32,000 bases of DNA from Horticoccus luteus (GCF_019464535.1 NZ_CP080507.1:210001-242000), one strand, 5' to 3'; counted from the stretch's first letter, positions 15,999 to 25,428 are shown. Notes: generated by a model from the letters alone, not told the origin. Made by a program: numbers and translations.

Positions 15999-16868
15999 AT
16001 GGCTGATGTGACTTTGACTCCGGTGGTGCTGGCGAACCAGCACTGCCAGCTCGGCGAAAATCCGTTGTGGGATGAAGAGGCGGGCGCGCTGTATTGGGAG
16101 GATATCCTCGCGGGGCATGTCTGGCGTCACGCCGTGGCGAGCGGGCGGACGGAGCGGGTTTATGCGGGCGAGACGGTGGGCGGCTTCACGCAGGAGGCGG
16201 ACGGGGCGCTGTTGTTGTTTCGCGAAAAAGACATCGTGCGGCTGGAGCACGACGGGAGCGTGCGGGGGTGGCGGAGTTTCGCGGAGGCGGGCAACACCCG
16301 GTTCAACGATGTGACGGCTGATCCGCACGGGCGGGTGTTTGCGGGCACGATGGGCGCAACGGAGACGAGTGGCGGCGTGTATCGGTTTGATCCGGACGGG
16401 GCGGTGCGGCGCGTGATCACGGGCACGGGTGTTTCGAACGGCATGGCGTTTACGGCGGACCGAAAGCACTTTTTTTGGACGTGCTCCACGCGCTGCCAGA
16501 TTTGGATTTACGATTACGATGAGGCGTCGGGCGAGATCGCGAACGGCCGCGTGTGGTATCAATGCGAGAAGGCAGAAGGCACGTGCGACGGGCTGACGAT
16601 CGACCGGGAGGACAATGTCTGGAGCGCGCGGTGGGATGGTTTCGCGGTGCGGCAGCACGCGGCGCGCGATGGACGGGTGTTGCGGGAGATCAGATTTCCC
16701 GTGGCGAAACCCAGTTCGGTGGCGTTTGGCGGGAAGGATTTTGCGACGTTGTTTGCCACGAGCGCCGGCGGCGATGGGCGGGCATCGCTCGATGGCGCGG
16801 TGTTTGCGGCGACGGTGCCGGGAGTGCGCGGCCGGGCGAAATTCCGCTCGCGGCTGACGCGGGGTTGA
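15999..16868 (+). CDS. SMP-30/gluconolactonase/LRE family sugar lactonase
   Basis: 289 aa. Motifs are QLGENPLWDEEAGALYWEDI, FNDVTADPHGRVFAGTM, SNGMAFTAD, CDGLTIDREDNVWSA and PSSVAFGGKDFATLFATSA, as expected for a six-bladed propeller lactonase. Confidence 0.88.
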   Translation: MADVTLTPVVLANQHCQLGENPLWDEEAGALYWEDILAGHVWRHAVASGRTERVYAGETVGGFTQEADGALLLFREKDIVRLEHDGSVRGWRSFAEAGNTRFNDVTADPHGRVFAGTMGATETSGGVYRFDPDGAVRRVITGTGVSNGMAFTADRKHFFWTCSTRCQIWIYDYDEASGEIANGRVWYQCEKAEGTCDGLTIDREDNVWSARWDGFAVRQHAARDGRVLREIRFPVAKPSSVAFGGKDFATLFATSAGGDGRASLDGAVFAATVPGVRGRAKFRSRLTRG

Positions 16869-17063
16869 GCGGCCCGCCGGGGCGCCGGCACGGAGATAAA
16901 TTGGTGGACAACAGGTTGCGGCGGGGCGTCGAAACCGCCGTGAGAGAGCGCGCGGGACGAGAGGGGTGAGCGTCGGCGGGCGAGCGGGTGATTTTCTGCG
17001 TTGCGGTGCAGGTTTTCCGCGGTTGGCTGGGCGGCAACTTGAGATCGAGACACCGGCGCTGCG

Positions 17064-19190
17064 ATGTTATCCCGTATCCCCCGATTTGACCGGTATCCGG
17101 CTTGGGCGCGCCACGTGGTGGCCTTGGCAACCATGGGCGTGGCGCTGGCGTTGCGGATCGCGCTGGATCCGGCGCTGGGGGCGACGCTGCCGTTTGTGAC
17201 GTTGTTTGGCGGCGTGGCGCTGGCGGTGTGGTTCAGTGGCTGGCCGGCGGCGGTGGTGGCGGCGATCGCGGGATATCTCGCGGCGGAGTATTGGCTCGGG
17301 GTGCCGCGCGGCGCATTTTCGCATGACGGGGCGTTGCTCTTGGGGAGTGCGTTTGCCTACACGATTTCGGCGGGGTTGATCATTGCGCTGGGCGCGGTCG
17401 CGCGGCGGTCGTTGCGGCAGGCGGAGCAGGATGGCGCGCGGCTGGAGCGGGAGGTCGCGGAGCGCTCGCATGTGCAGGCGCAACTCACGGTGGCCCGCGA
17501 CGAGTTGCGCATCGATCTGGCGGACATGCAGCGGCTGCACGAGTTGAGTGCGCGATTGCTGGGCGAGGAGTCGTTGGAGACGATGCTGCAGGGCGTGTTG
17601 GAAGCGGCGGTCGCGCTGATGGGCGCGGACAAGGGCAACGTGCAGCTTTACGATCCGGAGACGAAGACGCTGAAGATCGTGGGGCAGGTGGGTTTCGACG
17701 AGGCATTCATGATCCAGTTCGGCCTGGTGCCGCTGGATTACTCGGTTTGCGGGAAGGCCCTGGCGCAAGGCGAACGCATCGTGGTGGAGGACGCCGCGCG
17801 CGATCCGCGGTTTGCGGAGCTGGCGGCGGATTTTGCGCGGCATGGATTCGTGGCGGTGCAATCGACGCCGCTGCGGGCAAGTTCGGGCGAGATTTTCGGG
17901 ATGATTTCGACGCATTTCGCGCGGCCGCACCGGCCGGCGGAGCGGACGCTGCGGCTGATGGATTTGTATGCGCACTATGCGGAGCAGGTGGTGGAGCGCG
18001 GGCGGATCGAGGCGGCATTGCGCAGTCGCAGCGAGGAGTTGCAAGCGATGCTCGACAGCATGCCGGCGTTCGTGTGCATCGCGCTGGACGCGTCCTGCAA
18101 CGTGATCATTGCCAACCACACGATGACCGAGGCGCTCGGCCTGCCGCCGGAGTGCAACATTTCGCAGGCGGGCGGCGCGGCGAGCTCCGTGCCGCTGCGC
18201 TATGTCGATGCGGACGATCAGCCGATGGACCGCGACGAGCTGCCGATGCGGCGGGCGGCGGCCACGGGGTTGCAGGTAAAAAACGCGGAGTTCGGGCTCG
18301 CCGTGGAGGGACGGCGACTGTGGCTCTCGGGCAATGCGACGCCGCTCTTCGCGGCGGACGGGGCGGTGCGCGGAGTGATTGCGGCCTTCATCGATGTGAG
18401 CGAGCGGCGGCAGGCGGAGACGGCGCTGCAACAGGCGCACGAGCTGTTGGGCGATCGCGCGAAGCATCTCGAGTCGCTGGTGGAGGCGCGCACCGCGAAG
18501 TTGATCGAGACGGTGGGCGAGCTGGAGGCGTTTTCCTACAGCTTGTCGCACGACCTGCGCGCGCCATTGCGCGCGATGCACGGGTTTTCGCAGTTGTTGC
18601 GCGAGGAGTGCGGGCCGTTGACGCCGGCGGCGCTGGATTATCTGCAACGCATCACGCGTTCGGCGGAGCGCATGGATCGATTGATCGTCGATGTGCTCAA
18701 CTACAACCGCGTGGTCGCGAGCGGACCGGAGTTGACGCGCGTCGATGTGCAGGCGCTGTTGCGCGGGATCGTGGAGAGTTATCCGGGGCTGCAGGCGCTG
18801 GGCGACCGGCTGCAAATCGAAGGCGAGATTCCGCCGGTGCGGGGCAACGAGGCGGTGCTCACGCAGTGTTTTTCGAATCTGTTGACCAATGCGGTGAAAT
18901 TTGTGGCGCCCGAGGTGCCGCCGGTCGTGCGGGTGTGGGCAGAGCGGCGCGGGGAACGGGTGAGGGTGTTCGTGGGCGATAACGGCATCGGCATTCCGCC
19001 GACGGCGCACGAACGGATCTTCCGCCTCTTCGAGCGGATGAGCAAAAACTACGAAGGCACGGGGGTGGGGCTCGCGATCGTGAAAAAGTCCGCGGAGCGC
19101 CTCGGCGGATCCGTCGGCCTGGAATCCGCGCCGGGCGCGGGGAGCACGTTTTGGGTGGAGCTGGCGGCGGCGCGGGAGGAGGAGGCATGA
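17064..19190 (+). CDS. Membrane sensor histidine kinase: DUF4118-like TM region, GAF, PAS, HisKA, HATPase_c
   Basis: 708 aa. N-terminal hydrophobic helices are VVALATMGVALALRIAL..LPFVTLFGGVALAVWFSGWPAAVVAAIAGYLAAEYW. The GAF-like region (LQGVLEAAVALMGADKGNVQLYDPETKTLKIVGQVGFDE) is followed by a PAS-like region. H-box is FSYSLSHDLRAPLRAM. N/G boxes are NLLTNAVKF, DNGIGIP and GTGVGLAIVKK. Confidence 0.9.
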   Translation: MLSRIPRFDRYPAWARHVVALATMGVALALRIALDPALGATLPFVTLFGGVALAVWFSGWPAAVVAAIAGYLAAEYWLGVPRGAFSHDGALLLGSAFAYTISAGLIIALGAVARRSLRQAEQDGARLEREVAERSHVQAQLTVARDELRIDLADMQRLHELSARLLGEESLETMLQGVLEAAVALMGADKGNVQLYDPETKTLKIVGQVGFDEAFMIQFGLVPLDYSVCGKALAQGERIVVEDAARDPRFAELAADFARHGFVAVQSTPLRASSGEIFGMISTHFARPHRPAERTLRLMDLYAHYAEQVVERGRIEAALRSRSEELQAMLDSMPAFVCIALDASCNVIIANHTMTEALGLPPECNISQAGGAASSVPLRYVDADDQPMDRDELPMRRAAATGLQVKNAEFGLAVEGRRLWLSGNATPLFAADGAVRGVIAAFIDVSERRQAETALQQAHELLGDRAKHLESLVEARTAKLIETVGELEAFSYSLSHDLRAPLRAMHGFSQLLREECGPLTPAALDYLQRITRSAERMDRLIVDVLNYNRVVASGPELTRVDVQALLRGIVESYPGLQALGDRLQIEGEIPPVRGNEAVLTQCFSNLLTNAVKFVAPEVPPVVRVWAERRGERVRVFVGDNGIGIPPTAHERIFRLFERMSKNYEGTGVGLAIVKKSAERLGGSVGLESAPGAGSTFWVELAAAREEEA

Positions 19191-19603
19191 GCGCGGGGCT
19201 GATTCTCTACGCCGAGGATGACGAGAGTGACGCGTTTCTGCTCGACCATGCGTTTCGGCGGGCGGGCATCGAGGTGCCGCTGCACGTGGTGGCGGATGGC
19301 CGCGAGGCGATCGCGTATCTGGAAGGGCAGGGGCCGTTCGCGGATCGCGAGCGACATCCGTTGCCGCGGCTGCTGCTGCTGGATTTGAAAATGCCGGCGG
19401 TGAACGGCTTTGAAGTCCTGCAATGGATCGCGGGGCCGCCGCCGCGCGTGGTAATGCCGGCGGTGGTGTTGAGTTCGTCGGGGTTGGAGCAGGATCGGGA
19501 AAAGGCGCGGCGCCTCGGGGCGGCGGCGTATTATGTGAAGCCGGGCAAGCTCGACGAAATGGTCGCGCTCGCACGGGCGTTGAAGAACGAGTGGCTGAAA
19601 TGA
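19187..19603 (+). CDS. Stand-alone receiver-domain response regulator (CheY-like, no output domain)
   Basis: Start at ATG 19187, overlapping the kinase TGA as ATGA. MSAGLILYAEDDESDAFLL..PRLLLLDLKMPAVNGFEVL..AVVLSSS..AAAYYVKP carries all the canonical REC residues. Confidence 0.88.
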   Translation: MSAGLILYAEDDESDAFLLDHAFRRAGIEVPLHVVADGREAIAYLEGQGPFADRERHPLPRLLLLDLKMPAVNGFEVLQWIAGPPPRVVMPAVVLSSSGLEQDREKARRLGAAAYYVKPGKLDEMVALARALKNEWLK

Positions 19604-19969
19604 GCGGCGGACGGCGGTGACGCCGCGGGCGAGTTGTATGATTTCGATAACTGCGAGTATGGGTGGTTCATCAGTGACATCGCCGTGGCACTTTATGCTG
19701 CACTTTGGCGGGTGCCGGATCGCGCGCAGCGACCGGCGTTTGCGGAATGTTTCCTGCACGCGTTTTTGAAGGGTTACAGTCGGGAGCACCGCTTGCCCGA
19801 AGTGGAATGGGCGCGATTAAACGACTTTCTGCTGCTGCGCGATGTGTTGATCTACACGGTGGCGTGCAAGCAGCTCGATCGAAACAACCTCACGCCGTTG
19901 CAGGTTCGGCTTGGGGCAGAGCATCGGGAGCGCATCGCAAGCGGCACACCGATCGTGCGGGTGGGGTGA
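19604..19969 (+). pseudogene. 3' remnant of an aminoglycoside/choline-kinase-type phosphotransferase (APH family) gene; N-lobe and catalytic loop absent
   Basis: The frame is open from directly after the receiver-gene TGA: AADGGDAAGELYDFDNCEYGWFISDIAVALYAALW... This matches the APH-family block G.IDFDD.GYGW..YDLA (the Mg-binding DFD) and the C-terminal helical lobe. No HxDxxxxN catalytic loop and no ATP-binding N-lobe is encoded upstream. The only in-frame start is TTG 19634. Confidence 0.65.
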
Positions 19970-20052
19970 CGTTGTGGGGCGCGCCGCCCACGACCGGGGC
20001 GGCGGGAAGCGAGGCGGGTTGCCAAGGGGGTGCGGGGCTGCTCCGTTGAGCG

Positions 20053-21210
20053 ATGGTCGCTGCTCTTCGTCCCCGCTGGCTTACGGTGCTTTGTTATGGC
20101 GCGATGATGTGTCTCGCGATCGGGATCAATCTGCTGCCGGTTTTTCTCACGACGTTGAGTCACCGGCTGGGCGGCGCGGAGGGGTTGTCGAAGGAGCAAC
20201 TGGGGCGGTTGGGGGCGATCGCGTTTGCGGGGCTGGTGGCGGCGATTTTGATCACGGGGCCGCTGGCGGATCGGTGGGGCGCGAAGACGTTTGCGCTGCT
20301 GGGCAACGCGCTCGTGGCGGTCAGTCTCGGGGCACTCGCGTGGGCGCCGGGCTATGGAGAACTGGCGGTGGCGCTCGGGGTGCTGGGGTTTGGCGCCGGC
20401 GTGCTGGACATGGTGCTGAGCCCGATCGTGGCGGCGTTGAATCCGACGCGCCGGTCGGCGGCGATGAACTGGCTGCATTCGTTTTATTGCGTGGGTGCGG
20501 GGCTGACGATTCTTGCGGGCACAGTGGTGCTGAGCCTGGGCGGCGGGTGGCGCGCGGCGTGTTTGTGGCTGCTGCCGTTGCCGGTGGGATTGCTGGTGGC
20601 GTTTGCGCCGTTGCGTTTTCCCACGCTGACGGCGGAGGGCGGCCGGATGGGGTTGCGGGTATTGGTGCGGCAGCGGTGGTTTGTCCTCGCGCTGGCGGCG
20701 ATTTTTTTGGGCGGCGCGACGGAGCTGGGGCTTGCGCAATGGCTGCCGGCGTATGCGGAAACGTCGCTCGGCTACGCGGCGTGGGTGGGAGGCGGAGCGC
20801 TGCTGGTGTTCTCCGTGGCGATGGCGGTGGGGCGGATGATCGTGGGTGTGGCGGGGCCGCGGTGGGATCCGTTTCGCGTGATGGCGTGGGGGTGCGGGAC
20901 CTCGGTGGGACTGTTTTTGCTGGGCGCATTTCTGCCATGGCCGGGCGGGGCGCTGGCGGCGTGCATCGCGGCGGGACTGACGGGGAGTTGCCTGTGGCCG
21001 ACGATGCTGGCGGTGACGGCGGATCGCTACCCGGAGGGCGGGGCGACGATGTTTGGCGCGCTGGCGGCGTTGGGAAATGCGGGTGGCATCGTGATGCCGT
21101 GGCTGGTGGGTTGGATCGCGGATGCGAGCGATCTCGCGTGGGGCATTGCGATTTCGGCGGTGGCGCCGGCGGCCATGCTGCCGCTCGTGCTGGTGTTGCG
21201 CCGCCGGTGA
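20053..21210 (+). CDS. Major facilitator superfamily transporter
   Basis: 385 aa, almost entirely hydrophobic helices, about 12 predicted by eye. An MFS-type loop lies between TM2 and TM3 (GPLADRWGAKTF). The two halves are separated by LRFPTLTAEGGRMGLRVLVRQRW. Confidence 0.82.
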   Translation: MVAALRPRWLTVLCYGAMMCLAIGINLLPVFLTTLSHRLGGAEGLSKEQLGRLGAIAFAGLVAAILITGPLADRWGAKTFALLGNALVAVSLGALAWAPGYGELAVALGVLGFGAGVLDMVLSPIVAALNPTRRSAAMNWLHSFYCVGAGLTILAGTVVLSLGGGWRAACLWLLPLPVGLLVAFAPLRFPTLTAEGGRMGLRVLVRQRWFVLALAAIFLGGATELGLAQWLPAYAETSLGYAAWVGGGALLVFSVAMAVGRMIVGVAGPRWDPFRVMAWGCGTSVGLFLLGAFLPWPGGALAACIAAGLTGSCLWPTMLAVTADRYPEGGATMFGALAALGNAGGIVMPWLVGWIADASDLAWGIAISAVAPAAMLPLVLVLRRR

Positions 21211-21321
21211 GGTGACGCGGCACGGGGATGAGCGAAGATCGATGGCGCGGAAAAGAGCGCCTCCCGAGCGGAGGCAAGAGCGGGGTGGAAGTGCGGGAAA
21301 AATTCAGAAAGGGTGCGCGCG

Positions 21322-23406
21322 ATGAACCCCTCTTCTGATTCCGCAACGAAGCGTGGCGTGACGCGCCGGAAGTTTTTGCAAGGCAGCCTGGGCGCGGGCG
21401 CGCTGGTGGCGTTGGGACGGCCGGGGAAATTGAGCGCGACGGTGGCGGCCGGTGACGCCGCGACCGGGTGGGCGCCGACGAGTGGCGGAGTGCGGCGGGG
21501 GCTGGTGTTCGACGACGCGGATGGGCCGCGGATTCGGGCGACGCTCGCGCGGCCGGAGTTCGCGGCGTTTTGGGCGTCGTCGACCGGCGCAGACCTCGCG
21601 GCGGATACGCGTTTCCTCACGGACGAACTCGACCTGACGAAGCGCAACACGCACCTGTTGCGGGCGACGGCGATTTTGCAGCGCACGGCGTTTACGCAGG
21701 CGATCGCGCCGGAGGAGCGGCAACTGGCGCTCGCGAGGCTGGCGTATCGGCGCGTGATGGATTTCCCGCGGTGGGACTGGATTCTGGAAGACGGGAAGTT
21801 TCCGGTGGGCGTGATGCGCGGGGCGTCGACCGGGATTGCGGTGATTTGCGCGCTCGACTGGCTGGGCGATGCGTTGGGCGACGGGGCGCGGGAGGCGGTG
21901 GTGCGGCGGGTGGGCGAAGAGATGGGGCCGGCGGGATTTCGCGCGGTGGGCGGGATGACGCACCATGAGCCGATGCCGCACTGGTCGATGGATCCGGTGG
22001 TGAGCGATATTGATCACGTGGATGTGAGCCGCTGGCCGGAGGTGCTGAATCACACGAATCTGCGGATCATCGCGACGTCGGGGCTCGCGGCGGCGGCGTG
22101 TTTTTTGAAAGGGCGGCATCCGGACGCGGAGAAGTGGTTTGAGTTGAGTCGCGACAGTCTGCGGCGGTTCGCGGGCTGGATGCCGGCGGACGAATCGTTT
22201 CCGGAGGGGCCGGGGTATTGGGGGTTCACGTTCACCTACTATCTGCTCGCGGTGGAAATGTTGCGGCGGACGTGGGGCGCAGACGAGCGGGCGGTCTTGG
22301 ATTTTCCAACGATGGCGCGCTACACTTTGGCGGCGGCGATGCCGACGTTGGCGCGGCCGGACGATTGTGTGAACATCGGCGATGCGAACACGGCAGCATC
22401 GGTGAATCCGCTCGCTTGGATCGCGCGGGAGTTTCGCGATTCGACGGCGCAGGCGCAGGTGGTGCGGCCGGGGTTGATGGGCGCGGGGGATTTTCAATGG
22501 GCGGCGATCTGGTTCGACGCGACGGTGCCGCCGCGGATCGCGCCGGATGTGACGCTCGATCGCGAGGTGGCGCCGGGGCTGGTGTTATCGCGTTCCGGCT
22601 GGGCGCTGGAAGATCGCGTGGTGTGTCTGCGCAGCGGCGGGCCGGTGAACCACGAGCATGCGGATCGCAACAGCGTGCTGTTCGCGGCGTGGGGCGAGCG
22701 GTTGATCAACGATCCGTTGCACGCGAGTTACTCGGTGAGCAACCCGCTGTGGTTGCTGCGGCAGACGGAGGCGCATTCGGCGGTGCTGATCGATGGGCGC
22801 GGCCACGCGTATCATCACGGCGAGGAAGGCGTGAACGCGTCGAAGGCGAGCGCGACGCTGCTCGATCACCGCGTCGCGCACGACTGGATGCGCGCGACGA
22901 GCGATGCGACCGACGCGTACCGGCTGGCGGGATTGCCGGTGCAACGCGTGGTGCGGACGATCGTGTTTTTGAAGACGGGGCTGCTGATCGTGTTCGATGC
23001 GGTGGATCTCACGGAGGCGAAGACGGTGGAGGTGCGTTTCCAGGCGTATAACGACGACCGGCGCGGACAGGTGTCGGCGGCGGGGGCGACGTTTGCGATC
23101 GAGCGGCCGGGCGCGGTGTTGCATGGGCGCGTGGCGGCGGAGGGCGAAGTGCAGGTGGTGAGCGGGCGGCTCGATCTGCCGGCGACGGTGGGCGTGTATC
23201 CGTTTGCGGCGGTGCGCGCGGTGGCGGCTACGCGGCAGCGGATCGTGACGGCGGCATCGGCGATTCGGCGCGGAGGCGCCGCGGATGCGTTGCACTGGAG
23301 CCGCGTGGGAAAGACGTGGCGGCTCACCGGGACGCACGCGGGCCAGGCGTTGCGGCTGACGATCGAGGAGCGCGCGGAGACGGCGGTGCCGATCGTGGTG
23401 ATGTGA
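21322..23406 (+). CDS. Exported heparinase II/III-like polysaccharide lyase family protein (Tat signal)
   Basis: Start at ATG 21322 (the track GTG 21313 is also possible). MNPSSDSATKRGVTRRKFLQGSLGAGALVALG is a twin-arginine signal. The C-terminal block GGPVNHEHADRNSVLFAAWGERLINDPLHASY...RQTEAHSAVLIDGRGH matches the heparinase II/III signature (H.HaD..sF.l...G..l..D.G...Y....aHNt..vdg). Confidence 0.8.
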   Translation: MNPSSDSATKRGVTRRKFLQGSLGAGALVALGRPGKLSATVAAGDAATGWAPTSGGVRRGLVFDDADGPRIRATLARPEFAAFWASSTGADLAADTRFLTDELDLTKRNTHLLRATAILQRTAFTQAIAPEERQLALARLAYRRVMDFPRWDWILEDGKFPVGVMRGASTGIAVICALDWLGDALGDGAREAVVRRVGEEMGPAGFRAVGGMTHHEPMPHWSMDPVVSDIDHVDVSRWPEVLNHTNLRIIATSGLAAAACFLKGRHPDAEKWFELSRDSLRRFAGWMPADESFPEGPGYWGFTFTYYLLAVEMLRRTWGADERAVLDFPTMARYTLAAAMPTLARPDDCVNIGDANTAASVNPLAWIAREFRDSTAQAQVVRPGLMGAGDFQWAAIWFDATVPPRIAPDVTLDREVAPGLVLSRSGWALEDRVVCLRSGGPVNHEHADRNSVLFAAWGERLINDPLHASYSVSNPLWLLRQTEAHSAVLIDGRGHAYHHGEEGVNASKASATLLDHRVAHDWMRATSDATDAYRLAGLPVQRVVRTIVFLKTGLLIVFDAVDLTEAKTVEVRFQAYNDDRRGQVSAAGATFAIERPGAVLHGRVAAEGEVQVVSGRLDLPATVGVYPFAAVRAVAATRQRIVTAASAIRRGGAADALHWSRVGKTWRLTGTHAGQALRLTIEERAETAVPIVVM

Positions 23407-23427
23407 GCGGCGGAGCGGCGGGGCTAA

Positions 23428-25428
23428 CTACGTTGCCCGGGGCGCGGGCAGGAGTTTTGCGACGATCAACAGCAGCACGACCACGACGAGACCGAGCACG
23501 AGCCAGAAGACCAGTCCGCCGCGGAGGCCGCTCGCGACGCGCGCGGGCCAGCCGTCATCGCGGGCGGTTTCCTCGGGGCCGAGGGGCACGGGAGATTTGT
23601 CGGCAGCGATCAGTTGCGGGGCGGCGAGATCGAGATCGTAGCGCGGCGGGGACGCGGCGGGGTTGCCGTAATAGAGCTGCACCGGACCGGCGTCGGCGCG
23701 GAAGAGCAGACGCACAACGGCGTGGTCGGCGGCGACGCGGTCGAGGGCGAGCGCGCGGTTGTCGCCGTTGTCGGTGGAGAGCATGAGCGTGCGCGTGGCG
23801 AGGCGTTGGGGAAGCGCGATGACGAGATCCGTCGGGCTCGAATCGGGGGCGCGGCGCCATGGCACGGTGGCGAGGGTGACGACGCGCGGTCCGCGGTCGG
23901 AGGGGATTTCTTCGCGGAGATAAAGCGTGCGATCGAAGACGGCCGTGGACGCGGCGAGCGTGAGGTGGCGCAGTGGCAGCGATGACTCGGGCAAGGTGAG
24001 GAGCCAGCGGCTCAGGGACGGATGTTGTTCGTCGGACGCGGCGGTGACGTTGACGGCGACGGGGCGGAGCAGATCGGGGCGGTCGAGAAGATAGGGAATC
24101 TGGCGGCGGTCCTGCACGAGGCGGAGATCGCCGAGGTCGTCGCGCGTGTGAGCGAGCGCGGGCAGATCGAGTTCGAGTTGAAAAACGCCTTCGGTGGCGA
24201 GGTCGACGGCGCGGCGATAGCGCCAGGCGGAGGGATCGAGCGGGGCGCCGGTGAGGGGGACGGTGGCGAGGGGAGCGGGGGCGTCGAAGTCGGGATTGTC
24301 GGCGAGGGGCGTGACGGCGGGTTTGACGAGGCGGGCGGCGGGCAGATCCGCGGCGAAGGCCGTGACATCGTAGTGCGGCGCGGCGATGCCGGGATGACCG
24401 GTAAGCAGCGTGTGCGCGCCGGCGCGATCGGTGCGGAACACGAGCCAGACGGGGCGGCGGAAAATGCGCACGTGGTCGAGCGCGAGCGGCGGACTGTCGC
24501 CGTTGGTGATGCGCAGGTGGAGTTCGCGCGAGTCGGCGGTGAAGTTGAGGGGAAAGCGCACGGGCGGCGCGGTGTTGGCGATGGGCGGACGGGAGAGTTC
24601 GCCGGCGGCCTCGACGCGGTCGGAGGCGCGGCCATCGCGCAAGGCGGGCGTGACGGCGCGGATGGCGCGGCGAAACTGCGGGGTGGAAATCGTGAACTCA
24701 GCGGCGGCGAGGGGCAGATGGCGGGCGCCGAGGTCGAGCGTGAGCGCGGTCTCGCCGACAAATTCTTCGCGGTGCGTGAGACGGGCGTCGAGTGGAAGGG
24801 CGAACTCGCCGTCGCTCGCGGCGAGCACAAGCGTGACGTTGGAAAAGGCGACGGGGGCGGAGGTGGTGTCGTCGAGCGTGACGCGGAGGAACGCGGCGGA
24901 GCGAGCGTCGAGCGGGAGTTGCAGCGACTCGGTGCCGGCGCGGCGGAAGACGGGTTGGCCGGTTGCGACGGTGGTCCACGTGCGGCCGTCGGGTGAGGCT
25001 TCGAGCGTGGCGGATTTGAGAAACGAGCGTTCGGGGGACGTGAGGCGCACGGCGTCGAGCGGCGCGGTGGTGCCGGTGACGACGGTGAACGCGGTGGCAG
25101 TGCGGGTGAGCTGGATGCGGATGTCGGCGGGCGCGCGGAGCGTGGCGGTCGTGGCGCCGGGGATGTCGATCACGTAGGGGAGTTCGCGTCCGTCGGGATC
25201 GAGCAGGCGCAAGTCGGCGAAGCCGGGGCGCGAGCGGTCAATCGTGTCGAGCGGGAGGGCGAGGCGCACGAAGCCGGGGTGTTCGAGAGAGAACGCCTGC
25301 CGGTATTTCCATGCGGTGGCATCGAGCGGCGCGGCGACGCCGGTGGACGCGGACGCGGCGAGGACCGCGAGCGCGAGGAACGGAAGGAAGCGGTTACGCG
25401 ACGGGCGGAGGCGGCGGGTTGTCCACAT
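23428..25428 (-). CDS. DUF3999-like exported protein with internal duplication and a C-terminal membrane anchor
   Basis: 666 aa. Signal peptide MWTTRRLRPSRNRFLPFLALAVLAASASTGVAA. There are two homologous halves (see findings). The C-terminal TM is GGLVFWLVLGLVVVVLLLIVAKLL. The start overlaps the 3' end of the upstream DUF2339-like gene by 35 nt. The family name is from memory of the DUF3999 pattern and its usual DUF2339 neighbour. Confidence 0.75.
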   Translation of the reverse strand: MWTTRRLRPSRNRFLPFLALAVLAASASTGVAAPLDATAWKYRQAFSLEHPGFVRLALPLDTIDRSRPGFADLRLLDPDGRELPYVIDIPGATTATLRAPADIRIQLTRTATAFTVVTGTTAPLDAVRLTSPERSFLKSATLEASPDGRTWTTVATGQPVFRRAGTESLQLPLDARSAAFLRVTLDDTTSAPVAFSNVTLVLAASDGEFALPLDARLTHREEFVGETALTLDLGARHLPLAAAEFTISTPQFRRAIRAVTPALRDGRASDRVEAAGELSRPPIANTAPPVRFPLNFTADSRELHLRITNGDSPPLALDHVRIFRRPVWLVFRTDRAGAHTLLTGHPGIAAPHYDVTAFAADLPAARLVKPAVTPLADNPDFDAPAPLATVPLTGAPLDPSAWRYRRAVDLATEGVFQLELDLPALAHTRDDLGDLRLVQDRRQIPYLLDRPDLLRPVAVNVTAASDEQHPSLSRWLLTLPESSLPLRHLTLAASTAVFDRTLYLREEIPSDRGPRVVTLATVPWRRAPDSSPTDLVIALPQRLATRTLMLSTDNGDNRALALDRVAADHAVVRLLFRADAGPVQLYYGNPAASPPRYDLDLAAPQLIAADKSPVPLGPEETARDDGWPARVASGLRGGLVFWLVLGLVVVVLLLIVAKLLPAPRAT

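Noticed and set aside
23407-23427. A 21-nt gap between the convergent lyase (+) and DUF3999-like (-) genes with no hairpin.
   Set aside because: It is unusual-looking but not informative by itself. Termination may occur inside the opposing gene or be Rho-dependent.
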